A stretch of 64,000 nucleotides of DNA from Microcoleus sp. GTDB lineage: Bacteria; Cyanobacteriota; Cyanobacteriia; Cyanobacteriales; Microcoleaceae. The DNA lies in NCBI GenBank assembly GCA_042408215.1, contig JAYFMW010000017.1, positions 608,001-672,000 of the forward strand, written 5' to 3'. Made by a program: the position numbers and the translations under genes. The notes under the pieces are model-generated. The model searched no databases and was not told the DNA's origin. It saw only the letters and a list, made by a program, of their open reading frames with translations. Below are positions 53,344-63,095 of the stretch, piece by piece; within the stretch, counting starts at the first letter, position 1; the number at the start of each line of letters is the position of its first letter.

Positions 53344-54133
53344 TTCACAAGCAAAACCGGAATTGACCTTTGCTGGCAAAACTGACTGTGGCAAAGTTCG
53401 CCCCCACAATGAAGACAATTATCTGCTAGAATCCTGGCCGGAAACATCTACTGTACTGGCCGTAGTAGCCGATGGCATGGGGGGACACAGGGGAGGAGAA
53501 GTCGCAGCCAAAATCGCTGTAGATACCTTTAGAGAGCTGCTAAAAACACGTTTACCTGAGACATCTCAAGAGCGATATAATCTATTGCTAAAATGTTTCT
53601 ACGATGCCGACAAAGCCATCCAAGAAGCCGCCTGCGAAAACTACAAATTATTTGGGATGGGAACAACTATAATAGCGGCGATTGTATCTCCCACAGAATA
53701 CATTCATCTCTATGCGGGCGACTGTCGTTTGTATCATTTTACCCCAGGAAATAAACCCTACATTACAGCGGATCATTCAGTGGTGCAGGTATTGCTAGAA
53801 TTGGGGCGGATTACGGAGGAAGATATTCCAACTCATCCGATGCGTTCGGTGGTAAACTCTTGTTTGGGCGGCAAAGAAAAAAGTCAATTTTCGGTTGACC
53901 CAAAATGGGATAGTGAAGACTTACCTGTGGTGCGAAAATGGTCTGCGGGTGATGTTTTGTTGTTGTGTAGCGATGGGTTGAATGGAGAGGTTAGTAATCA
54001 AGAATTGACAAGTCTTGTGGAGGAGTTTGGAGACTCACCGGAAAGGCTAACTGAAGAATGTGTGAACAAAGCTTTGGAGCAAGGCGGTAATGATAATATC
54101 ACGGTTATTGCTATTGTGAATTTTGGTAGATAA
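53336..54133 (+). CDS. PP2C-family Ser/Thr phosphatase
   Basis: RPHNED, VADGMGG, MGTT, AGDCR, DHS, LCSDGL, GGNDNIT; overlaps the FHA gene end. Confidence 0.95.
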   Translation: MDNSQAKPELTFAGKTDCGKVRPHNEDNYLLESWPETSTVLAVVADGMGGHRGGEVAAKIAVDTFRELLKTRLPETSQERYNLLLKCFYDADKAIQEAACENYKLFGMGTTIIAAIVSPTEYIHLYAGDCRLYHFTPGNKPYITADHSVVQVLLELGRITEEDIPTHPMRSVVNSCLGGKEKSQFSVDPKWDSEDLPVVRKWSAGDVLLLCSDGLNGEVSNQELTSLVEEFGDSPERLTEECVNKALEQGGNDNITVIAIVNFGR

Positions 54134-54143
54134 TATAGCGACC

Positions 54144-54550
54144 AAAGAAACCGGGTTTTTTACTGAATCTGTTGGTGACAACTAAGTATTTCGTAAAAAC
54201 CCGGTTTCTGAGCCCCATGCGTAAATCCAAGAAACCGGGTTTTTTACTGAATCTATCGGTGACAACGAAGTATTTCGGAAAAACCCGGTTTCTGAACCCC
54301 ATGCGTCAATCCAAGAAACCGGGTTTTTTACTGAATCTGTTGGCTACAACGAAGTATTTCGGAAAAACCCGGTTTCTGAGCCCCATGCGTAAATCCAAGA
54401 AACCGGGTTTTTTACTGAATCTGTTGGTGACAACGAAGTATTTCGGAAAAACCCGGTTTCTGAGCCCATGCGACTCCGCCAAGAAACCGGGTTTTTTACT
54501 GAATCTATCGATGACAACGAAGTATTTCGGAAAAACCCGGTTTCTGACCC
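54144..54550. repeat. Five tandem ~83-bp GAAACCGGGTTTTT-loop-AAAAACCCGGTTTC units
   Basis: Same family as 51144-51630. Confidence 0.95.
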
Positions 54551-54566
54551 ATGAATCGCACTTTTG

Positions 54567-55853
54567 TCAACCGTTTATATAATAATCCCGTGTTCCCTTC
54601 GCATTCATCGCTTCTCCGAGTCGATTTAATCCGTACACGTAAGCAGCGGTTCTCATACACACTGACAACTCGTCCGCTATTTTCCAAATTGCCTCAGTTT
54701 CTTCGACCATTTTATGCTTCAACCGCTGGTTGACTTCCTCCAGTGTCCAATAAAGTCCGCTGCGATTTTGCACCCATTCAAAATAACTAACTGTTACGCC
54801 TCCCGCATTTACTAAAATATCAGGTATTACCCGAATTCCCTTGGCTTCTAAAATCAAGTCAGCAGCGGAATCAATGGGCCCGTTAGCTACTTCAAAAATA
54901 AACTTAGCTTTGATGCTATCAACGTTTGCTTCGGTTATTTGATTTTCCAAAGCTGCTGGAATTAGCACGTCTACATCTAAGGCTAAAATTTCCTGATTTG
55001 TCAAGATTTCGTGTTCGACAATATTGCAAACAGAGCCTTCGCAGTAAATAGCTTTGATTCCTTTATTCGACTCTTTAAAACTGCGTATGCTGGGAATGTC
55101 TAGGCCTTGTTTAGCATGAATTCCCCCTTGGGAATCGCTGACTGCAACGACTTTGTAACCTGCTTTCCAGAGGAGTTCTGCTATTTCTGCACCGGCATTG
55201 CCAAAACCTTGGACTGCTACTGTTGTATCTTGAGGATTTATCTCAAATTTGGCGAGAATATTTTGTAATACAAAGAAAGCGCCGGTTGCTGTTGCGGTAT
55301 CTCGACCTAAACTACCACCAATTGTTACGGGTTTACCAGTTACAACTGCTGGACAAAGTTGCCGTTTGATGATATTATATTGATCCATCATCCAACCCAT
55401 GATCATGGGATTGGTGTAGACATCTGGTGCTGGAATATCGACATCCGGGCCGATGAAATCTGCGATCGCATCTACATAGCCCCGGCTCAACCTTTCCAAT
55501 TCCAGTTTAGATAATTCCTTGGGATTTAAAGTGATTCCTCCCTTGGCTCCTCCAAAGGGCAAGTTCAAAACTGCACATTTAAAAGTCATCCAAAATGCTA
55601 AGGATTGCACTTCGTCAAGGGATACTTTTGGATGGTAGCGTACTCCTCCTTTAGATGGGCCTCTGGTATTGTCGTAGCGCACTCGATAGCCTTGGAAAAT
55701 TCGCAGGGAACCGTCGTCCATCCGCACGGGAATTGATACTATTAAGCTAGATTTGGGATGTTTTAGCCGTTCGATCGTATCCTCGGAAAGGGATACATAT
55801 TTTAAGGCTCGTTCTAATCGGCGGCTGGCATCGTTAAATAATGATTCTGTCAT
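54567..55853 (-). CDS. gdhA: Glutamate dehydrogenase (Glu/Leu/Phe/Val dehydrogenase)
   Basis: KGGVRYHP, GGAKGG, DIPAPDV, QGFGNAG, EVANGP, PDILVNAGGVTVSYFEWVQN; ATG at 55853. Confidence 0.93.
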   Translation of the reverse strand: MTESLFNDASRRLERALKYVSLSEDTIERLKHPKSSLIVSIPVRMDDGSLRIFQGYRVRYDNTRGPSKGGVRYHPKVSLDEVQSLAFWMTFKCAVLNLPFGGAKGGITLNPKELSKLELERLSRGYVDAIADFIGPDVDIPAPDVYTNPMIMGWMMDQYNIIKRQLCPAVVTGKPVTIGGSLGRDTATATGAFFVLQNILAKFEINPQDTTVAVQGFGNAGAEIAELLWKAGYKVVAVSDSQGGIHAKQGLDIPSIRSFKESNKGIKAIYCEGSVCNIVEHEILTNQEILALDVDVLIPAALENQITEANVDSIKAKFIFEVANGPIDSAADLILEAKGIRVIPDILVNAGGVTVSYFEWVQNRSGLYWTLEEVNQRLKHKMVEETEAIWKIADELSVCMRTAAYVYGLNRLGEAMNAKGTRDYYING

Positions 55854-56427
55854 AATAGGAAAAAAGTTCGGCAACGGATTCTGTAACGGATTTAACGGAT
55901 ACTTCGACACTTCGACTTCGCGAGCGTACAAGTGTAACGGAGGTCAGGGAGAGGGAAGTCGGGAGAAGGGAGAATAAATATCTCGGCTAACCTACTGGTT
56001 TTCCGATACTTTTTAATTTAATCACAATCTAGGTTTGATTTTGTCAACTGTCAACTGTCAACCGTCAACCGTCAACCGTCATACCAATTTAATGGGTCGT
56101 TACATATATCTCGATCCCCCTAAATCCCCCTTAATAAGGGGGACTTTGAGCAGAATCTTGTTCCCCCCTTATTAAGGGGGGTTAGGGGGGATCAGATTCT
56201 ACGGGGCCTCATAAAAAACTGGTATCAACTGTCAACTGTCAACTTGTGTCGATCGCCAATCTCGCATTCCAAAGCAGAAATTAAGCATATAGACTTAAAA
56301 TAGAGGGTGATATCTCAACTCAAGACAAAACTTGAGTTCGATCGCTCAAATCGAAGCCAGCCATTAGGGGAATTAAATTCTGAGATCGATCGACTAATTA
56401 ACTCACCTTCTTAACTCAATAATTTTT

Positions 56428-57039
56428 ATGATTGCACTCCTAGCCGCCCTCTCTGCGTCTGCGGCGGGGGGTATGAGAATTGCCCTGCCCCTGCTGTTAA
56501 TTGGTTTGTTGCGAATCGACAAACTGTGGTCGGAAATACCTTTATTGTCGCGGCTTCACCCCCAAGTGGCGATCGCAATTTTGGTGAGTTGGTCGCTGTT
56601 AGAATTATTTGCTTCTAAAACCTTTACGGGACAGCGGGTGCTGCAAATTGTGCAGATTATTTTCAGTCCCATTGTAGGAGCGATTATGGGAGTTGCGATC
56701 GCAAAGGTAAGTTCGATCGACGAAATTGTTGCTCACCCTTGGATGCTGTGGATTATTGGTGTGGTCGGAGGTTTGTTGGCTTTAGTGCTGCAACTGGTAC
56801 AAGCTGGATGGTTTTACCGGCTGAGGGGTTTACCACTTTGGGTGATTTTTGTCCAAGATGGTTTGTGCATTGCTTTGGTGTTGTTTGCTTTTGATGCGCC
56901 GCGCCAGGGTGGATTGATTGCGATGCTGCTGCTGTGGCTGGCAATTCGCAGTTCTAAAGAGTGGTATCGCTGGTACAGGAGTCAAGCAACACTAGGCTTA
57001 TTGGGAAATCCCCGCCAAGGTAAACGCGATCCAGATTAA
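56428..57039 (+). CDS. Membrane protein, DUF4126-like
   Basis: AAGGMRIALPLL, several TM helices, IFVQD. Confidence 0.7.
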   Translation: MIALLAALSASAAGGMRIALPLLLIGLLRIDKLWSEIPLLSRLHPQVAIAILVSWSLLELFASKTFTGQRVLQIVQIIFSPIVGAIMGVAIAKVSSIDEIVAHPWMLWIIGVVGGLLALVLQLVQAGWFYRLRGLPLWVIFVQDGLCIALVLFAFDAPRQGGLIAMLLLWLAIRSSKEWYRWYRSQATLGLLGNPRQGKRDPD

Positions 57040-57251
57040 TTTAATGATTGGGTATGGGGCATGGGGCATGGGGCATTGGTTATTAGTTATTAGTTATTAG
57101 TTATTAGTTATTAGTGATTAGTTATTAGTTATTAGTTATTGGTTAATTGCTACCAATGCCCAATTTCCCAATTCCCCATCCCTCCGCTTCGCTTCGCCCA
57201 ATTCCCGATGCCCAATTCCCAACTCCCAATTCCCCATGCCCAATTTCTAAT

Positions 57252-58415
57252 TTAAAGCAATCCGATCGAGTGTAAGGGGCCGTGACCGGTAATTAACTCC
57301 AGCAATAGTGCCATAAAACCAATCATCGCCACACGACCATTCCAGACTTCCGCCCCCGTCGTCAAACCCCACTCCCACTGCTCTTGAGGATACATCTTCA
57401 CTTTCTTGGAAGGGCGTATCACATCAGAGAACTTAACGCTGGGAGATTCTATCGACTCAATGACTAAATCTGCCAAGGCCTCAATAAACACCGGATAAGT
57501 ATTCAGGGCGGGCACTCTGTAGAAATTGTGAATCCCCGACTCTTCTGCCAATTCTCGATACTCCATGTCAATTTCTTGCAGAGTTTCGATGTGCTCCGAC
57601 ACAAAACTAATCGGAACTACTAACAAATCTTCGACTCCATTTGCTGCCAATTTGGTGATGGCATCTTCGGTGTAAGGCTTGAGCCATTCCACCGGGCCGA
57701 CCCGACTTTGATAGGCTAGAGTGTGTTCGTTCGATCGATTCAAATGCTCCATAATCAGACGAGTGCAATCTTCAATCTCGCGCTGATAGGGGTCTCCAGC
57801 CTCTTCTACATAGCTGACGGGGACACCGTGGGCGCTGAAAAAGATGTGAACTCGATCGGGATTAGGAATGTGGTCTAATTCTTGGGCGATTAATTCAGAC
57901 ATTGCCTGAATATAGCCTGGCCGATGATACCAAGAAGGGATAGCGGTATATTCAATCTCCTTGAGTTCTGGATCTTTGCCCCAGATTTCTTCTAGCTGTC
58001 GGAAGCTAGAACCGCTGGTACTGATGGAAAATTGAGGATACAGTGGCAAGATTGCCAATTGTTCGATGCGATCGCGTTTGATTTGGGCGATCGCCTCTTC
58101 AGTAAAAGGATGCCAGTAGCGCATCCCCACATAAACTTGAGCATCTTTTCCCTTGGACTGCAAGCACTTTTGCAGTGCCAGCCCTTGTTCGTCTGTAATG
58201 CGACGCAAAGGAGAGCCGCCCCCGATTTGGCGGTAGTTTGCCTGGGATTTCTGAAAACGCAGGGTTGAAATCAACCAGGCGAGTGGTTTCTGCATCCAGG
58301 GAAACGGCAGGCGAATAATTTCCGGGTCAGCGAACAAGTTGAACAGGAAAGGGCGGACATCCTCGATTTTATCGGGCCCGCCCAAGTTTAATAGCAATAC
58401 TCCTACACGGCCCAT
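57252..58415 (-). CDS. hemH: Ferrochelatase with C-terminal CAB/Hli domain
   Basis: [46 protein letters not shown]. Confidence 0.98.
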   Translation of the reverse strand: MGRVGVLLLNLGGPDKIEDVRPFLFNLFADPEIIRLPFPWMQKPLAWLISTLRFQKSQANYRQIGGGSPLRRITDEQGLALQKCLQSKGKDAQVYVGMRYWHPFTEEAIAQIKRDRIEQLAILPLYPQFSISTSGSSFRQLEEIWGKDPELKEIEYTAIPSWYHRPGYIQAMSELIAQELDHIPNPDRVHIFFSAHGVPVSYVEEAGDPYQREIEDCTRLIMEHLNRSNEHTLAYQSRVGPVEWLKPYTEDAITKLAANGVEDLLVVPISFVSEHIETLQEIDMEYRELAEESGIHNFYRVPALNTYPVFIEALADLVIESIESPSVKFSDVIRPSKKVKMYPQEQWEWGLTTGAEVWNGRVAMIGFMALLLELITGHGPLHSIGLL

Positions 58416-58465
58416 AACGATTACAGCTCTCCCATCGTCTTAGTTCTGTTACTTATTTCAACAAT

Positions 58466-58837
58466 TTGACACTCTCAGGTCTGAAGACACTGAGATTCTT
58501 GGTTCAGCGAGCCGACTTGCCAAGACAGGATTCCTCCTGTAAGAGTAGAGGTCGATTCTCCCCAAGCGTTGCTCGGATCGGCGTCCAAAAGTTTCGGTAT
58601 GTCCTACCGTACTTAATTAGTTTTTTTTGCCTATTGACATACCTCCCCGTCTATCAAGTCCGAGGATTCCTTGACGCTTCATAGCAACGCGCTCCGCAGG
58701 GACACGGCACTGCCGTGTCCGTACGTCTTACCGTCGCTCCACGTCCGTTTAGAGTCTCCCAATGCCGGCTCGGCGACTATCTGTATTCTAGCAAAAAGCC
58801 GTCAAGCTTATGACGGGGCTTGTATCCCAGTTTTTTG
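58466..58837 (-). mobile_element. Non-autonomous IS200/IS605 derivative (ends plus omega-RNA-like region, no ORF)
   Basis: Minus strand TTGAC|CAAAAAACTGGGATACAAGCCCCGTC...GACGGCTTT left end; ...GAACCAAGAATCTCAGTGTCTTCAGACCTGAGAGTGTCAA right end. Confidence 0.8.
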
Positions 58838-59320
58838 GTCAAACTTTGTCCAAATCTAGCTTTCCTAAACTGCAACACCCTTAGGTGAGACTACGCACTC
58901 AACCAATCTAGTTAAGTTTTTACGTTGTTTAGTTATACTTATTTCTCGACTTAATCCTAATCATATCACAAAATATGCGGAGGATGTGTTTAATCTAGAA
59001 AGAACACGGTGACTTTAGTCACACGGATCGCTGATAGTCTGGGCCCTGAAGGGACTGAGTTTTACGCTTACCGAGTAACAATATAGCTTCATAATTTTGA
59101 CGGTGGCAACAATTTTTCGAGATTTAAGCCATCGGTATCAGTGGTTGTAGGATGCGATCGCCCGTCTAGCTGCTCTGAGTGGCGGTCAAACCACGCAGTT
59201 TTTTGTGCAATACTCCCAGGTGGTGTAAAACTGGACCCTTCGGGGCGATCGCTACAACAGCCAACTGTCAACTGTCAACTGTCAACTGTCAACTGTCAAC
59301 TGTCAACTGTCAACTGTCAA

Positions 59321-60442
59321 CTAAATAAACTTTCTCGCTTCGGCCAAAGCCGCCTCAAACTTGAGCAATACATCCTCTTGTGTGTGAATAACTTTCTCCT
59401 GTTCCAGCAGCCGTCGGCCGAACCTAAAAATGCCATCCTGTTCTACGTGCTCTACAGATGGCAGCGTTTCTGGATGCGGCAAAAACTTTCTGCCGATCGT
59501 GTACGGCGTGTGGTAAGAAAAACTAAAATCGGGAAATTTGTCGCTCTTGATTTCGAGGTAATAAAGCGAATAATAATCTTTGGTTTCGCAGTACACGCAT
59601 TCGCGACACTTATTTACCAGTTTGCGGTTCTGATAGAAAAAATCCCACTTGTCCCAATAGTAATCATCTTTCATCATTTCCTGGTGGTCGTCGCAAAGTT
59701 CGAGATACAATTTGTCAGCATCGTTGGGACGGTAGAAATAAAGCATAGCGTAGGGCAGCTCAATCAGTACCTTGACTGCTTGATTTTTTCGCTGGTACCA
59801 TTCCTGCCGGTGAATTTCATAAGTTTCTTTATCTTCAATCGCTTTGGCACCGTTAAGCTGATTTTCTTTGGCCCACCGCGAAGCCCAAACAGTCCAGTAA
59901 GCTAGCTGGAAGGTTGCAGAAATTTCTGCGGAACCTTGTGCTTCCCAGTCGGCAATAATTTTTGACCAAGCCGAACTAAAAGCTAATCGGGAGTCTTCCT
60001 TTTCTTGGTGGCTTTCTTTACTAATTTGCGTGGCAGTTTTGCCATTATTTTGAATCTGCCATTTTGGTTCTTTTCGCCAACTATTGATATCGGATTGTGA
60101 TAGACTCAAGATGAATCTTCTGTCGTGAACAGGATATTCTAAATGAATTCCTGATTTGAGAAACGTCCGGTATTCCAAAACAGGGAGTTTGCCTTGTTCA
60201 ATCCATTGTTGGCGTTCTTGTGTCGAACATTTGAGCAGTTTTTCTAATTCTACTGGCTCGACAGCCAATTCACTTTTGAATGTGTCCCAAAATCTTTCTT
60301 GTTCGGCTGCGTTTACTTCCAGCACGGATACAATTGTGCTGACGAGGTGGTCTGTTTTGTGTTGGGAATTTTCGGAAAGTCCTAAAAAGTCAAGGAGTTG
60401 GGCTTTGAGTATGGGTCTGGAAGAGATTAGCTCGGCTAACAT
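59321..60442 (-). CDS. Hypothetical protein
   Basis: 373 aa ORF with LAYWTVWASRWAK, LC..H, C..C, FSYHTPY; family not recognised. Confidence 0.8.
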   Translation of the reverse strand: MLAELISSRPILKAQLLDFLGLSENSQHKTDHLVSTIVSVLEVNAAEQERFWDTFKSELAVEPVELEKLLKCSTQERQQWIEQGKLPVLEYRTFLKSGIHLEYPVHDRRFILSLSQSDINSWRKEPKWQIQNNGKTATQISKESHQEKEDSRLAFSSAWSKIIADWEAQGSAEISATFQLAYWTVWASRWAKENQLNGAKAIEDKETYEIHRQEWYQRKNQAVKVLIELPYAMLYFYRPNDADKLYLELCDDHQEMMKDDYYWDKWDFFYQNRKLVNKCRECVYCETKDYYSLYYLEIKSDKFPDFSFSYHTPYTIGRKFLPHPETLPSVEHVEQDGIFRFGRRLLEQEKVIHTQEDVLLKFEAALAEARKFI

Positions 60443-60602
60443 GAGAAGCTCCAGTAGAGTCAGAACTTGCGCTTTTGTTGAATCTGCAAGATTTGCACAA
60501 GTCTATATATCTTACGGCAATTCAAGGGGCGATCGCCCGCAATTCACGCCAAAATCAGCAGAAATACTCAAAATTGGCGACGGCGGTCGATCGGCCTTTG
60601 GG

Positions 60603-61305
60603 CTAAAATCGATAATTGCGATCGCGCACCCACAAACTCACGGGCACAGCATGACCTTTTTTGTCCACCTTAACTTCTACCACAAAAGATTGCCTTTGTC
60701 CCCTTTGAGCTTCGCCAATCTCGTTATTGACTTTTTCCCTTTCATTTTCGGGCATATAATAAGTTTCTAAACCATATTCCATCCGCCCGCCATTATATTT
60801 ACCCTGAATCGCGATTTGATTTGCTGGCAAATTAGGGGGATTTTCCAAACTGACGCCCACGGGTTTCCAAGGTTTTGGAATGCCAGAATTAGTTGCATCT
60901 TTTGGGGATTCCAAAATCACATAAAAACTGGTTCCAGACTTGACATTGTGCGTCTTTTGCTCTCGACAAACAGTGCCGGGAGGACAAGGTATTTTGTCGC
61001 CCGGTAAATCTTTCCAGCCCGGTAATTTCTCAAGATTGTTTCGCTGAGAAATATCATAGCTCAAAACTTGGTAATATCCGCGCAAAAAGTCGTAAGGGTC
61101 TACTGGTGCTGTTTGCAAAACAACTGTTTTGCCAGTTACAAAAGTGTAAACTGCTGGAGCGGGTACTGCGAGCAATTAGTCCGATTTGCAGCAATAAAGG
61201 AATCCACAGCCGCCACGCAGGAATGCGTTTCGCCTCCGGGGGAAGCTGAAACAGATTTGTTGTATCGGGATTTTCTACTAATAAGTCGATGTTGTTTGTG
61301 TTCAT
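60603..61305 (-). pseudogene. GDYXXLXY-domain membrane-anchored protein, frameshifted
   Basis: PVDPYDFLRGYYQVLSY motif. The N-terminus (LWIPLLLQIGLI) and continuation (LAVPAPAVYT) are in different frames near 61175. Confidence 0.8.
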
Positions 61306-61405
61306 ATTAGGTATGGGTTATATTGTTTACGGTTGTTTCGGAATGATTAAACCACAGAGACCGCAGAGTCCGCAGAGGAAGAGAAGAGAGAGAGATGAAT
61401 AATTT

Positions 61406-62806
61406 CTATTCATCTTTGATTGTGGCGAAGTGGCGCTCGAACCACAAACCAGCAGTAATCACACCAATTCCACACAGCACAAATACAAAAGATTTCAGCA
61501 ACAATTCTGTGTTATATTCAAACAATCGGCTGATTATTTGCAAGGTTATTGATACCATCCCGCCCCAAAAAGTCTGGCGGTTTCCTAGTGCTAAACCTTC
61601 TCGGATTAAACCGACGGCTAGCAGAAATAATAAAACGTTAAACAGAAAAGTTGCTAATTGCGGAATCGGAGTAAAACTCAAGTGGTAAAGCGGTATTAAG
61701 GCGGTGATGATTATCAAAAGGGCGATCGCACCTGTAGTCAAATCCACTCCTTTTTGTTTTGGTCGCCGCAGTTCCAAACGTCCCAAATGCAGCCACTCAA
61801 ACACCGTTAAAGCACCCAAAACAGCTAGATTTGTCAAAACACTCCAATCCAGGGGAATTTGCGAAGGATTGGGCGAATCTTGCCACAGCCAGTGGAAGGA
61901 AAGAAAGTAAAAAAGGCCAGCCAAAAACACTAATGCTAAACTGCGGGCGGTAGCTTGAAACAGTCTGCTGTCTATATTCGGCCAGATTGCATCGTCGTAT
62001 CCCCACAGTAAAGCGGGTGGTAGAGCACAAAACATTGCGACACCCCAGTTGGGATTTAATCCTTGGGCGATCGACATTTGTAGGGAAAAAATTAGGACGA
62101 TCGCACCTAGGGCAAAGATAGCACGCGATCGACACCAATAAGCCAGCGGTACAAACATGATACTCGCTGCGATCGGCATTTGTCGCACCAAAATTTCCAG
62201 CCAAGAAAACTCGACTTTGGAAGAGAAATCTAACACAGCCAGCCAATAGCCTAAACCGATTAAAAGTGCTGACAAAACGCCCAAAGAAGTTAAGCGCAAA
62301 CTGTAAGCCATTCCGAGCACGCCGATTCCCCAAGCGAGAAAAAGTCCGTAGGAAGAACCGCCAATATGAAACATCTGCGCCATCAAAGCCATATTTGCTC
62401 CTAAAATCAGAGCTCCTAACAGCAACAATCCTTCACCTAATAGTTTTGAGCGCCCTTTTGTTTCGGGTATATTTGGATTGGAGTTTTTGCTTCGGGATGG
62501 GGGAATTCGCCACAGATAGAAACCTGCTACATTAACTGCTACGAAAAGACTTAGCAGCATTGCGACTCTCACTTCTCGTGACCAAACTTGCCAGTTTGCT
62601 GCTACAAAGGTGATGACACCTATTGCTAGGAGGATGCTACCGAGGCCGATGAGAATGCTTAAGAAGCGGTTGCGGGAAGCGGTTTCGAGTGTGTTAAATT
62701 GGTAGCGATCGGCAAGTTGTTGGTAAAATGAACTGTCGATGAGTCCTTCTGCTTCCCAGAGTTTGGCTTGCGATCGCAATTCTCGTCGAAATTTATCTGA
62801 AATCAT
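61406..62806 (-). CDS. DUF2157 membrane protein
   Basis: W..EGLI, GVITFVAANW, GANMALMAQMFHI; the usual partner of GDYXXLXY genes. Confidence 0.88.
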   Translation of the reverse strand: MISDKFRRELRSQAKLWEAEGLIDSSFYQQLADRYQFNTLETASRNRFLSILIGLGSILLAIGVITFVAANWQVWSREVRVAMLLSLFVAVNVAGFYLWRIPPSRSKNSNPNIPETKGRSKLLGEGLLLLGALILGANMALMAQMFHIGGSSYGLFLAWGIGVLGMAYSLRLTSLGVLSALLIGLGYWLAVLDFSSKVEFSWLEILVRQMPIAASIMFVPLAYWCRSRAIFALGAIVLIFSLQMSIAQGLNPNWGVAMFCALPPALLWGYDDAIWPNIDSRLFQATARSLALVFLAGLFYFLSFHWLWQDSPNPSQIPLDWSVLTNLAVLGALTVFEWLHLGRLELRRPKQKGVDLTTGAIALLIIITALIPLYHLSFTPIPQLATFLFNVLLFLLAVGLIREGLALGNRQTFWGGMVSITLQIISRLFEYNTELLLKSFVFVLCGIGVITAGLWFERHFATIKDE

Positions 62807-62986
62807 TGTGAATATTCCAGAGGATTTGAGCCGTGATAGTTTTCAATATGTCACTTCCAGGGCGATCGTAGCTGGAATGTGGGACACCTGTCTAACTTGC
62901 ACAGTAGTATTTTTTTGAATGACTATTAAATTAGGAGTTAAATCTTGAGATTAAATTTTGATCGACTATGCTCATAAATTAGCCTG

Positions 62987-63023
62987 GTTTCAATCCTTAA
63001 TAGGGTTTTATGGTAATTGCAAC
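62987..63023 (-). CRISPR. Single 37-bp CRISPR-type direct repeat (no array)
   Basis: Minus strand GTTGCAATTACCATAAAACCCTATTAAGGATTGAAAC, with the ATTGAAAC end and hairpin typical of cyanobacterial repeats. No second repeat is recognisable. Confidence 0.7.
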
Positions 63024-63095
63024 AGCTTCAAAAAAATCCCGACAAAGCCGGAAAAACTAGGCTGTTTAAGTTTCTTAAGCATTCTTTCCTAGTGC

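Noticed and set aside
58980..59090. Possible additional IS-end remnant (GTGACTTTAGTCAC hairpin, GGGACTGAGTTTTACGCTTACCG)
   Set aside because: Resembles IS200/IS605-type ends, but boundaries and a partner could not be defined.
62880..62986. Second, degenerate CRISPR repeat downstream of the single repeat
   Set aside because: Only weak AT-rich similarity, not distinguishable from chance.
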